NCBI GenBank assembly: GCA_037379345.1
Contig: CM074515.1
Coordinates: 47,807,743-47,871,742 of the forward strand
Direction: 5' to 3'
Length of the DNA: 64,000 nucleotides
Source of the DNA: Perna viridis
Taxonomy: Eukaryota
In this document: positions 25,702 to 38,800 of the stretch, in pieces
Layout: each line of letters opens with the position of its first letter
How positions within the stretch are numbered: the first letter of the stretch is position 1
Made by a program: the position numbers and the translations under genes
The notes under the pieces: model-generated
Told to the model about the DNA's origin: nothing
Databases searched by the model: none
Seen by the model: only the letters and a program-made list of their open reading frames with translations

Positions 25702-28700
25702 CATTTTACAATCATGATAGATACTTGTTTTACTTAATGATCTTAAAAAAATCAAAATAGCAAATCTCTTAGGTCAACTTGAACATTTTATTGGTTCTTA
25801 GGCCTTCCCGTGTGTTTTTGAGAGTGCCTAAGTACTCATTTTATAACCTCCCTGCTACTTTTTGGCAAAAAAACAATTGTAAAATTCGCCTTCAAGGGGC
25901 AATAAAAAATAAAAAGAAATTACTTACCCCCTCATTTTTTGAACCAAGAAGTTAACTTTGAATGGCCTTAGGTATTGCCAGGGTTTCTATAGAGACATAT
26001 ATACTACTTTCTATACAAACAGTCTTAACATTTTCAATATTACAGGAAAAAAGGAAGTTAACTATATGGCCCTTCCTATTGGCAAGATCTGAAAGGTTTG
26101 TTCAGCTGACATTTATTCTTGAAAAGTTTAATTCCTTTAAACCCAAAATGTTCAAAAATCTAAGATACAGTAAGTACAAAGACTTCATCAGCAGAAAATA
26201 AGAGTGAAACAATTGTAAATACCAAGTAATTGTATCAAAATAATGGTATTTCATTTGGAGGTTTCTAATGTAGTAGATTTGGCTTTTTTTCACAGAAATA
26301 ACACAAGTACATACCTAATAGTCATAGGTCTTTTCTCAGCAGTGATACTAGACACAAGCTTCCAAAATTTATTGAACAATTCATAACTGCTTATCACAGA
26401 CCTAAACAAAAATTAAACGTGTGAATAAATTTATGAATTTTAAGAGTTGAGTTATCTGGGCTTTGATTATTTTTCAGATTTATATACATTAAACAGTTTT
26501 AAATGAATCAATTTTTACAATAAAGTAATAATTAACTATTTTTTTTCATTCACAAAAGTATACTTATACTTACCTTTGTATTGAAATTTGGAGAAACAAA
26601 CACAAAGGTCAAATGATAGCTTAAAGTGAATTGAAAAAAACAAATCTTTTGATATTAACTATCATAATACAAAAAAAACTAGTGAAATTTACAGCTAGTT
26701 GAAATAGACCAGTTCCAATTTCAATGCAAATTTAGGTAGGCTAGTGAGTAATTTAAATAGCTCTCTAGGTAGAAATCTGCCCTACATTATACCATTGTGT
26801 CCTACTTAACTACCATAGAGCACCTGTGTGATCTTTTGGACACTGTCTTCTAATTCTGAATAGTGTCAATTATGATGACCCTAACCTTTAAATATGCCAT
26901 CCACCATCATAATTGGCATAATCTGAAATATGTTGAAATTGGAACTGGTCTATTCAACTAGCTGTAACTCATTCTTCAAGCAGAAGTCAAAATGTGCATA
27001 ATTTAATATCATTTCAAGATGTAGAATTCACGATAGGTTTTTTGCAGGGTAAACATATACCATAAACCATAAACATGTACAAAATTTTGAAATCAATCCA
27101 ATGATTGAGTCCTAAATAATTGGGACTAAAACAGGTTAGACTGATTGACAATTTCCAATATACCATCCACTCATTGGGTGGGGGTACAAAAATCCAACAA
27201 TTAACCACAAGCATAATATAATTTCTGCAATAATCAAACCTTGATTTTGGATCATTCCAAGTTTTCTTAGTAACTCCTTGTCTTTTACCACTCACTAGAC
27301 AGTCTGTTGTATCTGGGTGATACCAAACTACAGCTGTAAAAACCACAAAAATACCACAAAATACAACTACCTATCCAATTTGTGAAAATATTAAATTTTA
27401 GGGCCAAAAACAATTAACAGATGCTTCATTGGGTCGAGTTGTTTGAAAGTATAATCCACCTGATAAATTTTGTAAACTATATACAAATTTTCCACTAGAT
27501 ATTATTTGTACAATTATACAAATTTTTCACTAGATACTAATGCCACCATTATACAATTCATCCACTTGATGAAACTAGTAAAACCAATACTACAATATCC
27601 ATCTGGATACTATGCAAGTTTTTTACTTGAGAAACAATTAACCAGCATATTTAATCTGAGTTCAATGTATACTTTTTCATTAAGAGTGAATATACCTGCT
27701 GGTGAAGGATTCCCATTTTTTGTCCGATCTTTTGAATCAACAAATTCAATATCTGACTGAAGCAAGACAGGGGAGTTAACTCTGTAACCCAACGGTAATC
27801 CAGTAACACCCTTTCCTCTGCTCACTACTGCTCTCTGTATGGCTGCTTCATTAAACAGACACCTGTCAATATTGGAATTAATGTAAAAAAATATTGCACC
27901 ACTTAAATTTTACAATTTAATACCAATGTGATTGGAGACCTGATTTGACTCATAAAATTATACTCGGCCACCCAGGATCGAACCCTAGACCACTCAGTGA
28001 CAAGCCAGCGACAAACCAGTTTGGTTAAAGAATTAATCCTTTAGTCAAGTAAATAAACTGGCTATTTATATCTCACTAACTACTATAACACAGGTAGGCC
28101 ATCCTGCCACAAACAATTTAGAAGTTACTAACCTAGTAACTAATTACAGCCAATTCCTCAGGCTTTTTCAACCTTAACCCTATATCAATACAGGTATTAC
28201 TCTTCAAAATTGTGTGGTAAAGTATTGTCATGAGCAAAAATCTGCCTAATTACACATTATGAGGTTTATTATTCCATACCTAGTCTTATCCAATACCTGA
28301 TACAAGGCATTTTCATTGGGGGCTAAATTTTCTTCCATAATTCCGCTATCAATTTTAAACTGAGCCTTTTGGGGTTTTAGAGATCTTAAAATGGAAAAGT
28401 GGTTCTAAGATATTTCCTAATTACTTGTGAAAATTTCTGCAATGTTGTTGATTTTTTCATATGCTGTCATAAATGTTTTAGATTGTAATCCTTACTTAAT
28501 ATAAACTTAAACTATCTCCCGCGTGTAAGTTATATTATCTATTGAGTGTAAGTGTGAACATATATGTCATTTATCATGTACTTTATGAACAAAGAGGTAA
28601 ATTCAAGTGTCAAAGTTTGCAAATTACAAGATAATACATATGTATCATCTTAAAATAAAATAGTATCACTATTTATCAGGTTTAGATTACCAAAATGATA

Positions 28701-31700
28701 AAACAGATAAAACTGATTTTTTTATATATCATACAAAGCAAACACTGATAAAATTTTATTATTAAATGCTGAAAACCTGCTTCAGTTTTAAGTAGCTATT
28801 CTAAGCTGTCATCTCATTCCACAAAATGAACTATTCTAATTTAATCCAAAACATCTTAGTCCTGAATATTCCAAATCTAATTTCATACATTTGTATTTGA
28901 ACTGCCAAGGTCAAAGCAGAAAACATCTTACTTCAGAATTAAAAGAAGTTGTAAAAGAATTCATTTACCTCCCCTAATAACTCACCTACCAATGATGATA
29001 GAAGTAAAATAAAGAGGGCACTGTACAAAGTGACACAGTAATGCCCCTTGACAACCAACAACATTCCACCTTGCCAGTTTATCACTACAGGACATAGATA
29101 AAGTCCTTTCTCCACGTCCTGGTTTAGTTCTGAATACTCCAACAGTGTGGTATTTGTTACCCTCCCATTTTTTATCTTGTTCCCCATCAGACAAACATTT
29201 AGCCCCTGTTCTGTTAATATCGTTGTAAGTATTTTGGTCTGTAACTAAATGTCCAGGGCTTTCGTGATTGCACTTGAGTTTAAGTTTTTTCACTGAATTG
29301 TCTTCACTATCATCACAAGGCCTTTTTAAAGTACTGCAACTCTCAAACGTTTTACATGAGGAAAAATCATTTTTAGTACTTAAACAAAAATCCTGAACTG
29401 AGATTTGTGTAGAATATTCTAGTGTTTTTCCGTTCTCATTAGATAAACAATCAGGAAGCTCTTTTGAAGGTTCATTGAAGGTTTTGCTGTTACTATCTGA
29501 CTCATAACAAGGAGATGTTGTATGTTTGCAGTCATTTTGAAAATAATCCTGGTCTTTATTTTTTATTGGAAAAATTGATGCATCACCACCTGAAAAATTA
29601 AACAACACTAAACCATAGTCAACAGCAAAACCAGGACTACATTATCTCTATAAGTCAAAACTTTGATTAATTAATTTCCTTCAATACAGAGTCTGGTACA
29701 GAGTTTGGTACAGAGTCTGAAGGTTGAAGACTAGGTTTACAAAGACTGCACTGAACATTCATTAAATCTGAAAAGATTTGAATAGAATGATAGCTCTAGA
29801 AATGTAGTCTTTTGAATTACAGTGTCGGAGTCGATCAAGTTAAAAATTAGTAACATCATGATTTATCATCTAATCAATAATTCTATCAGCATACATCAGC
29901 ATTGGCCATTCACAAACCTAGCTTTAAGTAAAATAAGAATGTTTAACTTACAGGGTGTCTGACTGCAGAAAAAGTGAAACTTGACATCGTCCTTCAGGTG
30001 ACACCTTAGAGTTTCTAAGTCTGGTGGAGTAAATACTTCGCTTATCTTCCCTGTGTATGCTAGATGTAGTTGTTCATATAGGTATCTTCAAAAGATGATG
30101 GTTGATCACTTGGTAATAACAGATTCATACAAACATTTCTAAAGGTTAGGTAATAATAACTATCTAAACATGATAAAACTGTCTGCAAAAGTTTTAAAGA
30201 CTAATCAAGGGAACCACAATTCTAGCGGAAATCAAAAGAATGTACCGTTATCCAGGACAAAGACCAGACATGGAAAACAGACATACACAACAAAGAACAT
30301 AAAATAACCAAAATAATACATACAAAGTAACAAAAGTAAATGAGCAACTCGGACTCCACTAAAAACAGGGAGCTTGGACTAGGTATACTGGTAAGGTAAG
30401 CCTCCTCTGCTTTTCTAGAAACTAGAAAACATGTGCAACTCCATTTAAAAACCTTACAGTGGCCAAAACTAACAGAGTCAGGTAAATATGTATATAACTA
30501 TTCACCAAGATACATGAAAGCAAAAAAATAATTTGAGCTACATTATAAACTTCCTACTGGCTTTCATTTACCTCTGTACTGTACTTACAAGATAAACCCT
30601 CTCCTTGCAACCACTTCTGCATGGCTGTCATTAACAATATCACCTGAAAAAGAGTCAAAAACTTTCCACAAATTAGAACAAAATGCCTCACACAGAGCAG
30701 CTTGAAATGACTGTGGATGTCAAACCCTAAACAGATGGGGCAAATGCTTGATACAGGTCTGAATATAGATTGCTCTTAAATATCAAAATGGCCCCTTTTT
30801 TAAACAGTTCATGTCACAACACAAAAAATCAACCCCAGTCTTCTTTTTGTGGTATGACACCTTGTGGTTAAACTTCATAAGATTCTATACACTTATACAT
30901 GTACTCTAACCAGTAATTATCTGGACATCAAATGCCTATAGACAATGACAGTGCCATGTACAACTACAAATTACCTATTTGTGATTGTACAAAATATTGT
31001 TTTAAAAATGTACATGTAAATGAAGTTTCTTCATGGTAATAAAATACTTGTGTGAAGTTCTCTTTTACAGGTATTGACAAATTACTTCTGAAATTTTCTT
31101 CTATGTGATATACAATGTGTATCTTTAACTAGTTTTCATATGTTCTGTACATGACCACTGCTTTAAATGTGATGATCCAATGAATTATTAATGTTCTTTG
31201 AACTAACAGTCCTATACAGTCTTCTAACTAAACTCTTTGTTGAATATTTTATAAATCAGAATTGCCCCTGCAACCCTCCAGCTTATAGAATGAGGGTCTA
31301 AACAACGTCCCATTTAAAAAGTTAGAATTTCTGAGTACGGAATTTGTGAGTATAGACATGATTTTTTTTATATACCATAATGGTGACAGACATATTTTTC
31401 AAAACTACATTGTAGGATCATATAGAATAACTCCAGAAGCCAATTATTTCATGCATGTGTCTATGTTTGGTTCTGACCCAAAAGCTACACCAACTCTCTT
31501 TACATGACAATTCCTGCAACAAAGAAAGGTTTACATTTCAATAATAATGACATGTGAGCAACAAAAACATTATTGTCATGCAGGACTGGATTCAAGAATT
31601 TTATCAGGTACATTTTGTAAGTTAAATTGCATAACAATACATATATTTGTAAATTCTGTATAAAGTCTTTTTGAAGCTGGCACTGAAATTCTGACTTGTC

Positions 31701-32507
31701 TATTCTGATGATGTTCTGTCCACATAAAAAATTGAGGTCAGGGGTCAGAGGGTACTAGGTAACAATCAGGCATGATGCAGATGTATTTTATTTGAAATGT
31801 TAAAATCTATTAAAAATATTTTACTTCTTAATGTATAGCAATGTACCTGTATTACTGAGTTGTGACTTTCCCAGACACTTGGTGCCAGTTCCAATGGAAA
31901 CTACTTCAGAATCAGAATAATCAACTGAAAGGTACAAGATTAGGAAAATATATGTATTACATGCATCAATAAGTCACAGGTCCTAGAGCTTTATTCAAAG
32001 TTGGTGTCATCACAATGTTCTCAATCTCTATTTATGCTTAAGCCAAATTCAAACAGAAGCGTATTTCCTATTACCATGGCCACCCTATTTGTTCACCTAA
32101 AACTAGTATACCTTTAAGCTTTTTTTGTTATTTCAAAATATAAAATAAGCACTGTTAAAGTCAGAATGTACTCCCAAAGGCACAATGTAAAAAAAGGTAG
32201 AAAAACAAAAAAAACCTACCTACCAAATTTTGAAAAGTAATAGGAAACAGACATATTTTTATTTGGTCTTACTCAAGCAAAAAACCATTTTTACCTAATA
32301 GACCAACATCGAAGTAGCTATTTCAGTGGTCATAGCTAAAACCAAATGTTTGCTCTAGAATTTTAGAGCATTATTACCTGTGCTTGTCTTTACAATACCA
32401 GCCAAGATAGTCCATTCTTTCCCTTTCTGTGGTTTACCTTTCTTTGGGAGGTTTTGATATTTCTGGTAACAAAGAGAAGCCACAATGTCTGCAAACGGTT
32501 TATCCAT
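25597..32507 (-). CDS. ADAT1: tRNA-specific adenosine deaminase 1 (A37 of tRNA-Ala), 9 exons
   Basis: Exons 32507-32378, 31924-31847, 30643-30589, 30085-29952, 29589-28986, 27862-27696, 27333-27240, 26401-26315, 25741-25597, all phases consistent. Motifs: [31 protein letters not shown] (Zn/catalytic Glu), [30 protein letters not shown]. No dsRBD, so not an ADAR. Bipartite NLS-like [16 protein letters not shown]. An upstream in-frame ATG exists at 32612. Confidence 0.93.
26689..26967. mobile_element. MITE with ~35-bp near-perfect TIRs in an ADAT1 intron
   Basis: tacagctagttgaaatagaccagttccaatttcaa ... ttgaaattggaactggtctattcaactagctgta. Confidence 0.8.
27927..28111 (-). mobile_element. 185-bp TG...CA element containing a tRNA-like Pol III cassette (solo-LTR-like)
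   Basis: Minus strand shows a B-box GGTTCGATCC and an A-box-like motif. A second copy with the same termini lies at 32829-33416. Confidence 0.65.
30202..30420 (-). mobile_element. Penelope-like element 3' fragment in an ADAT1 intron
   Basis: Matches 15310-15530 (aatcaagggaacc...gagcaactcggactccactaaaaac). Confidence 0.8.
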
Positions 32508-32828
32508 GGGTAATAGGTCTAATCGCAAATGAGCTTGATTATTCCAAGAGCTGTTTTCTTGTCCGAAAATAAATTTTGAGGATATTTGAGAAAGGGGAAT
32601 GAAATCACGCATTAACTCAGAAAATTTGTTGTCAAGTGGTACCTTTCATTTATTCGTACTTCACGTCTGGTTTTCACTGATGCCAGTCGATAATTTTTAA
32701 TTAACATTTACAGTAAAGTGATGCATGGGATGATAAGAACATATTTTTTTTTCAACTTTTTAGTAATGTAATACACTCCCTGGTCTCATTAGTGAACACA
32801 GCATTGAAGGGAGTTCAAGCGAGTGAAG

Positions 32829-33416
32829 TGTAACGGGAGAGCATAATTTGACTCACAAAATTATACTTCGGCTCCGAGGATCAAACCCTAAACCGCTTGG
32901 TGACAAGCCAGCGGCAAACCGATTCAGCTAAAGAATTAAGTAGCACTCCATCTAAGGATCATGCAAAATGTGATTCATGGGTAAAAAGCCTACATATTTT
33001 TATTTTTGATATTTTGTTTGAAATGTCATAGTAAACAGAAATTAACATGTGGTTTTTCATTTAGCCCGTGCTCTTAGGAGATAAAAATTGTATAGAATGC
33101 ACTGTAGATTTCAAAATTAAGGGAGACAACTCTGTAAATGACGCTCAAATACAATAGAATCTACTGGATTCTCAATGTTGATTATCTCTTAAGAGCAGGC
33201 AGATTTGAATGAATAATTACACATTTCATAGTATAGACCCATAAAACAACTTAATTACAAAAATAAAAATATGTAGCCTTTTTTAGGGTGTATCACATTT
33301 TTTTCAGATTTCGCATGGTTCTCACAAAGACTGTTACTTAATCCTTTAGCCAAATCAATTAACTGGCTATTTAAATCACACTACCTACTACAACGCAAGA
33401 AGGCCGTCCTGCCACA
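32829..33416 (-). mobile_element. Second copy of the tRNA-containing TG...CA element, split by a TTAA-targeted MITE
   Basis: tgtaacgggagag...aagaattaa|insert|ttaatcctttag...cctgccaca; A-box TAGCTGAATCGG on the minus strand. Confidence 0.7.
32940..33337. mobile_element. MITE with TTAA target-site duplication
   Basis: TTAA at 32936-39 and 33338-41. Imperfect TIRs and ~45-bp subterminal inverted repeats (aaatgtgat...ctacatatttttatttttg). Confidence 0.8.
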
Positions 33417-33819
33417 AAGACAAAAATGACCGGTTATAGAGATCTGTATTGGAAAATTAGGCGAGTATTCAACGGAATTCAACTACAGGCTTTTGTACAA
33501 ACTGTTTCGGGGAATGTATTAAGATATTAATACAAAATCGCTGCACAGATCTACAAGCTTATGAGTAACAATCAGTAGTCGTTCATAAAGTGAGATCATG
33601 AAAATACATCAGTTTTTATTTGGCTGGGAAAGAAAGGCATAACCACATGGATCGTCGCTCTTTTTTTAAAAAACTGGTGCATAATTTCATGTTAAGAAAT
33701 TCTCAAGAAAATTTCCGGTCTGCCCGTACTGCACTATAATTATCTTTGGTAACGGGGTAATACAGTTTTTTCTAACCTAAGTTTCCAGCTTAAATTACTC
33801 AGTTATTAATGGTACCTTG

Positions 33820-34005
33820 CAGGCGCGCATCCAAGGACTGGCGTACCGGGCGTACGCCCCCCCCCCCAAAAAAAAAAAAAAAAAAAATCGGTAAGAAAAC
33901 AATTTTCACTACAAGTTTAGCCCACAATATGTGTTGCCTTGCTTTGCACGGCATTTAATTTAATTTACGCCCCCCTTCCAAACTCAAATCCTGGATCCGC
34001 CCCTG
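33820..34005. mobile_element. CAGGGGCGGATCC-TIR MITE
   Basis: Same family as 7001-7174; ccttg on both flanks. Confidence 0.8.
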
Positions 34006-34979
34006 CCTTGTGGTGTTACACTGGATCTTCGATCTTGTTCTAAGGTAAAATTAACCATTAATTCTTTTTAGAGTCACACATTTGCTCTAGTAGGTATGAT
34101 CAAAATCATAATGTTAACGAAATCTCAACATGTCAGTTTATATATTCATTTGAAAAGAATTCCTGGCTATTTGAAGCGTTCATTTGTATATTTGAATGCA
34201 TTTTTATAAAAAAAAAAATGTATGCAAATATACATAGTGAAATAGTAATTTACCCAACTGTTTCCCTAAAAAATAAACAGAGGCGAGTCCAGAAATTTAA
34301 AAAGGGTCCATTATGCAGATCGGTTTCAGAAAGGGGGGGTTCAGGTTATTACTTCTGATTTTGCCTAAATTTAGCACAATATTGTCAATGTTTTCAAAAA
34401 AGAGGGTCCAACCCCGAAATCGCCACTGCAAAAGATTTGAAAATGAAAATTCCTTACAGAAATTACCACCAACGAATAAAATACAGTTCAAAATTGATCC
34501 TCAAATTATTGCACCTTGCCGTATGTGCACGATTGTTATCACATGTTTCACGAGACCTGTATGACTATTCACCACTTAAAAATCTCTTCAACTTTTATAG
34601 ATATGTAGTAAACGTATAATCTTAACTGTGTGTAGATGATGTGTACATTGCACTGTAGAAAAGTACACATTTACATAGATAAATGTACTCCAGTAATTAT
34701 TATGGGTTAATGTACTATAATACAATGAAGTACAAAAGTCGAGTTCAAATTACACATGGTTGACATTTATTAACAAAGGTATGAAATTCATCTTTAATAT
34801 TTTATTATTCAGTTGTAACGTATTCATATCATAAATATGTAGGAAATGGTTAAAGCTGTGTAAAAGGCTATTATGTTGTATACATAAAGTTCCAGATCCA
34901 CGGATTCGCCAGGACTAAGACACTAAGGAGTGTTAATATTTCGACGGTATCTTATAAAACTTGCTTTATATTTTAACTT

Positions 34980-35892
34980 TCAAGTACTCGGTAGTAGCAT
35001 GCAACCTACTAAATATAAAAAAGACAGAAGATGATCAAATGTTTTATACTATTGAAGCCAGCGATTTAATCCATACACAACGTCAACATAAATAAAGAAC
35101 TTTGTAATAAACTAGTCCACGATGCAACATAGATGGAATAGCTAAAGAAAGTTGTCACCTATTCGCAGATACAGTGAAACACGTTTAAAACAAACCCTGA
35201 ATAAACCAGGCAGCTTCTGTCAATGGCTTCAGTTGTCATATGTTATGGACAGTCGACATTGTGTTCTAATACCGGTAGTAATGAAATATGATTTTTTTTT
35301 TCAGAGATATATAATGTGACAAGGTATGGAAAGTAAAAGATAAATATACAATATATATGTTTTAGAAGATCATGGACGGTCCTCATATAGCTTTGTTGGT
35401 GTTGGTGGTTGCTATATTTGGGCTTCTAGGAAGTAGATTTATCAGCAGCTTGAGAGGTCCTTCGTATGCAGAAAGAATTATTCGAAATTCATTACCCAGC
35501 AATGAAATCTTACAGCACTCGAAAGAATTTAATGAGCCAAAAATAATTAAGGTAATGTTTATTCAATGTTCTAACCAAAGAAAGATATTAGTATACTTGA
35601 AAATTAGAATATCTACAATAGCCCGAATAGAAAAAAAAATGCGTTTTCAAATTTGATATAAACGAGAAAAAAGTACGTTTCTTTGAATGGGCTTTGGCGA
35701 ATATTCTAGAAAAGAGAAGATAAAATAACTTACATGTACAGTACAACGTTTCCAAGCTTGAAATCATAAAAAAAAATGTCCTGTTATTTTTTCTCAAAAA
35801 AGTTTTAATAAAAGAAATCTTCATGTTCTCCTGTATCTAATTATTGATTAATCACTTAAGAGGCCTGGCGATTCTGAATACACAAGTAAAAA
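34980..35892 (+). repeat. Segmental duplication block A (sulfatase promoter + exon 1), copy 1
   Basis: Aligns with 53135-54587, from caagtactcggtagta to aggcctggcgattc..cacaagtaaaaa. Confidence 0.9.
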
Positions 35893-38800
35893 ATGGTCAA
35901 ACTTGTCTTAAGTGACCGTCCTCGAAAGAGCAAAATCTTGGTCAAATAAGACAGGTGATTTTTATATACAGGTTGATTTAACATAGAGCGCACTTTATAT
36001 GTACACTTTTGAGACAGGTTATTGCTGAATTCAGGTGGCCAGCCTAAGGAAGGTTTGACTGTACTTCACGCACCGTAAATAGACTCCGATTAGGTAACTT
36101 TTCATATATATTTACTCTTCCTCGATAATTTCAGGTAACTGAAGGAGTGTATGTTGCTGTAGGTTTTGCTTTAGCAAACTCTATCATGCTGGAGGGACCA
36201 GATGGTCTCGTTATTGTAGACGTAACAGAAAGTGTACAGTCTGCAAAGCAGATTCTGGAGGCGTTCCGAAATGTAACAGATAAACCTATAAAAGCGCTCA
36301 TTTATACACATAACCACGCTGATCACACATATGGAGCTCAGGTAATGTATTTTGCAACAACACAACCTCCGTCAACAATTTCGAGAATTATACAACCACA
36401 AACTGTAAATTTCTTTGGTTTTAAAACTTAGATTACCACAAAACCTAGATGGAACTTGTCGAGACTAACCACAATTTTACAATGTGTGCATTTACATGAC
36501 AAAAACGTTTTTATTGTCCTTTTGTTAGTTTGTTAGGTATATATTGGTACTTTTTAACTTTTAACCTGTCCAAACCTACATTTACCCTTCGAATAATGTT
36601 ATATGTATATAATTGACAATTTTACTTAAAAACATTATACATCGTTGAAAAGGATGGAACATACAGATATATAGTTCTTGGTAGAGATTCCTCATAGTTT
36701 GTAAGAAATAATTCCAAATTATCTTCCAAATATAAAGAAGATGTTTACAAAATGCTGGAATTTTTAATCGACAACATATTTGTCCACTGTGGTGAACGCG
36801 TTTTTCAACAAACGGTCGCCATTCCAATGGGAACAAATTGTGCTCCTCTACTTGCTGACCTATTCCTTCACTCTTATGAGGATGACTTTATAGCTGATCT
36901 GATCCGAAAGAAAGAATATCGTTTAGCTAGATCCTTTAATCTTAGTTTCCGCTATATAGATGACGTATTATCTTTAAACAATCCTAATTTTGGGGATTTG
37001 ATACATCGCATCTATCCTAAAGAACTTGAGATAAAGGATACTGTGGCAACATCCCTTCAGCACCTGCGTATGGAGTATTCATATCACAACTCATACATTA
37101 TGCCAGAGCTTGCCGAGACTACGCCGACTTTTTGTATCGCGCTAGAGTTCTAACAAATATGCTTCTGGAGCAGGGTTATGTTGCTGCAAGATTGAAGTCA
37201 TCACATAAAAGTTTTATGGTCGTCATCATGAACACGTGAATCGTTACGGTGTATCCATCTGCGCCATTAAAATTGATTTGTTCAACGTGTCATAGTTTTC
37301 CTTTCCTCTTTCGTCTACCCGAACTTGACTTTTTATGAGCAACTCGGCGGGTGTTTCTAGAAAAGCAGAGGACGCTTACCCTACCGGTGCACCTGGTCCA
37401 TGCTCCCAGTTTTTAGTGGAGTCCGAGTTGCTCATTTGCTATTGTTACTCTGTATGTATAATTTTAGTTACTTTATGTTCTTTGTTGTGCATGTATCTGG
37501 TCTTTGTCCCTGGATTACATTCTTTTGATTACCGCTATAACTTTGGTTCCCTTGATTACTCTTACTTCAGTATTTGTTATATAATATGTAGATGTATACT
37601 ATAGTTATTAATAGGTGTTCATATTGCAAGCCAAAGTGGACAAAAATCAATAGTTTGTAATATTAGAAAATATTTTTTTAATAATACAAAGCCATTCTTT
37701 TAATATAAGAAAATATTTTTTAATATTAGAAATTCATTAATATTAAAAATAATTTTCTGATATTAATTCCTGATTTAGTAATATCATAAAATATCAAACA
37801 TATCAAACAAATATTAGAAAATGAATTTCTAATTTTAAAAAATCACGTGGCAGTATTGCAAAATTAGTCATATTTTTTAATTTTACAAAATGATTTGCTT
37901 ATATTAAAACAAAGTGCTGAGGCACTGAGTCAAGGAATACCTCAGAAATACTCATATAACCAAATTGCAAGCTAAATAAACCGATCAAAAACAGTCATTT
38001 TAAAGAGAACCATCTGTTTTAATGAAATGCATATCAATACGGCTTGTTTATTAATGTATTTATGGATCTTCTTTTCTTTTATCATTTTTGGTATTTCTGG
38101 CAGTGTACGGTTATGTCCTCAAATTTTTTGACACTTTACACCTAAACCAGCATTTCTTCAGAAATATTATCTCCACTGTGAATCACTGACTATCAATATT
38201 AGATGGATTTCAAAGTAAGAAAAAATCCACACTTTGAAATTTCGGGTTGGAGATGCATGAAGTAGAAATGAATCCTGTGGACTAGAGGAGATAGGTTGAC
38301 CAAGGACCTAATCTAAAGGGAGAAATGAGCAAAAAACTTCTCCTTGTTTGTGCTCTCTTTGACAGTGATTTGTAATAGATTAAATGAATAAATATGTCAA
38401 TATTGTTAGTTTTCAAACAGAATTTACTAAAGCTCGTCCTTATCATTGTTGTCTGGATTAGGCCCCGAGTTGAAAACGTCTAAACTATACACTTTTTACA
38501 ATAGATAATTACATTTCTCTAGAAATTTTTCAATTAAAACAAGGATACAAACTCTTGTTATCAAAATTGCTATGCAGTTTAAAGATCTTTAAACTAAAAA
38601 AACTTTGTTTGTACCTCATATATTTTAGCAGTTTAAGATTCCAATCAAGATGGAAAGTCAAGGATAAAGAGATGTAGTGAATACAGGAAATATTATGTCT
38701 TTCTTTATAACAAATACACTTTGAATATAAATCCGTCTTTTCAACTTTCCAAAACAAAAAAAGGTTACTAGTAAACCCAAACCCCATGAGTACCACTTTT

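Noticed and set aside
27960-28035. Possible tRNA-Asp gene
   Set aside because: No intact acceptor stem, and it is embedded in a repeated element with diverged copies.
28982-29608. ADAR assignment for the deaminase
   Set aside because: No dsRNA-binding domains, and the N-terminus matches ADAT1.
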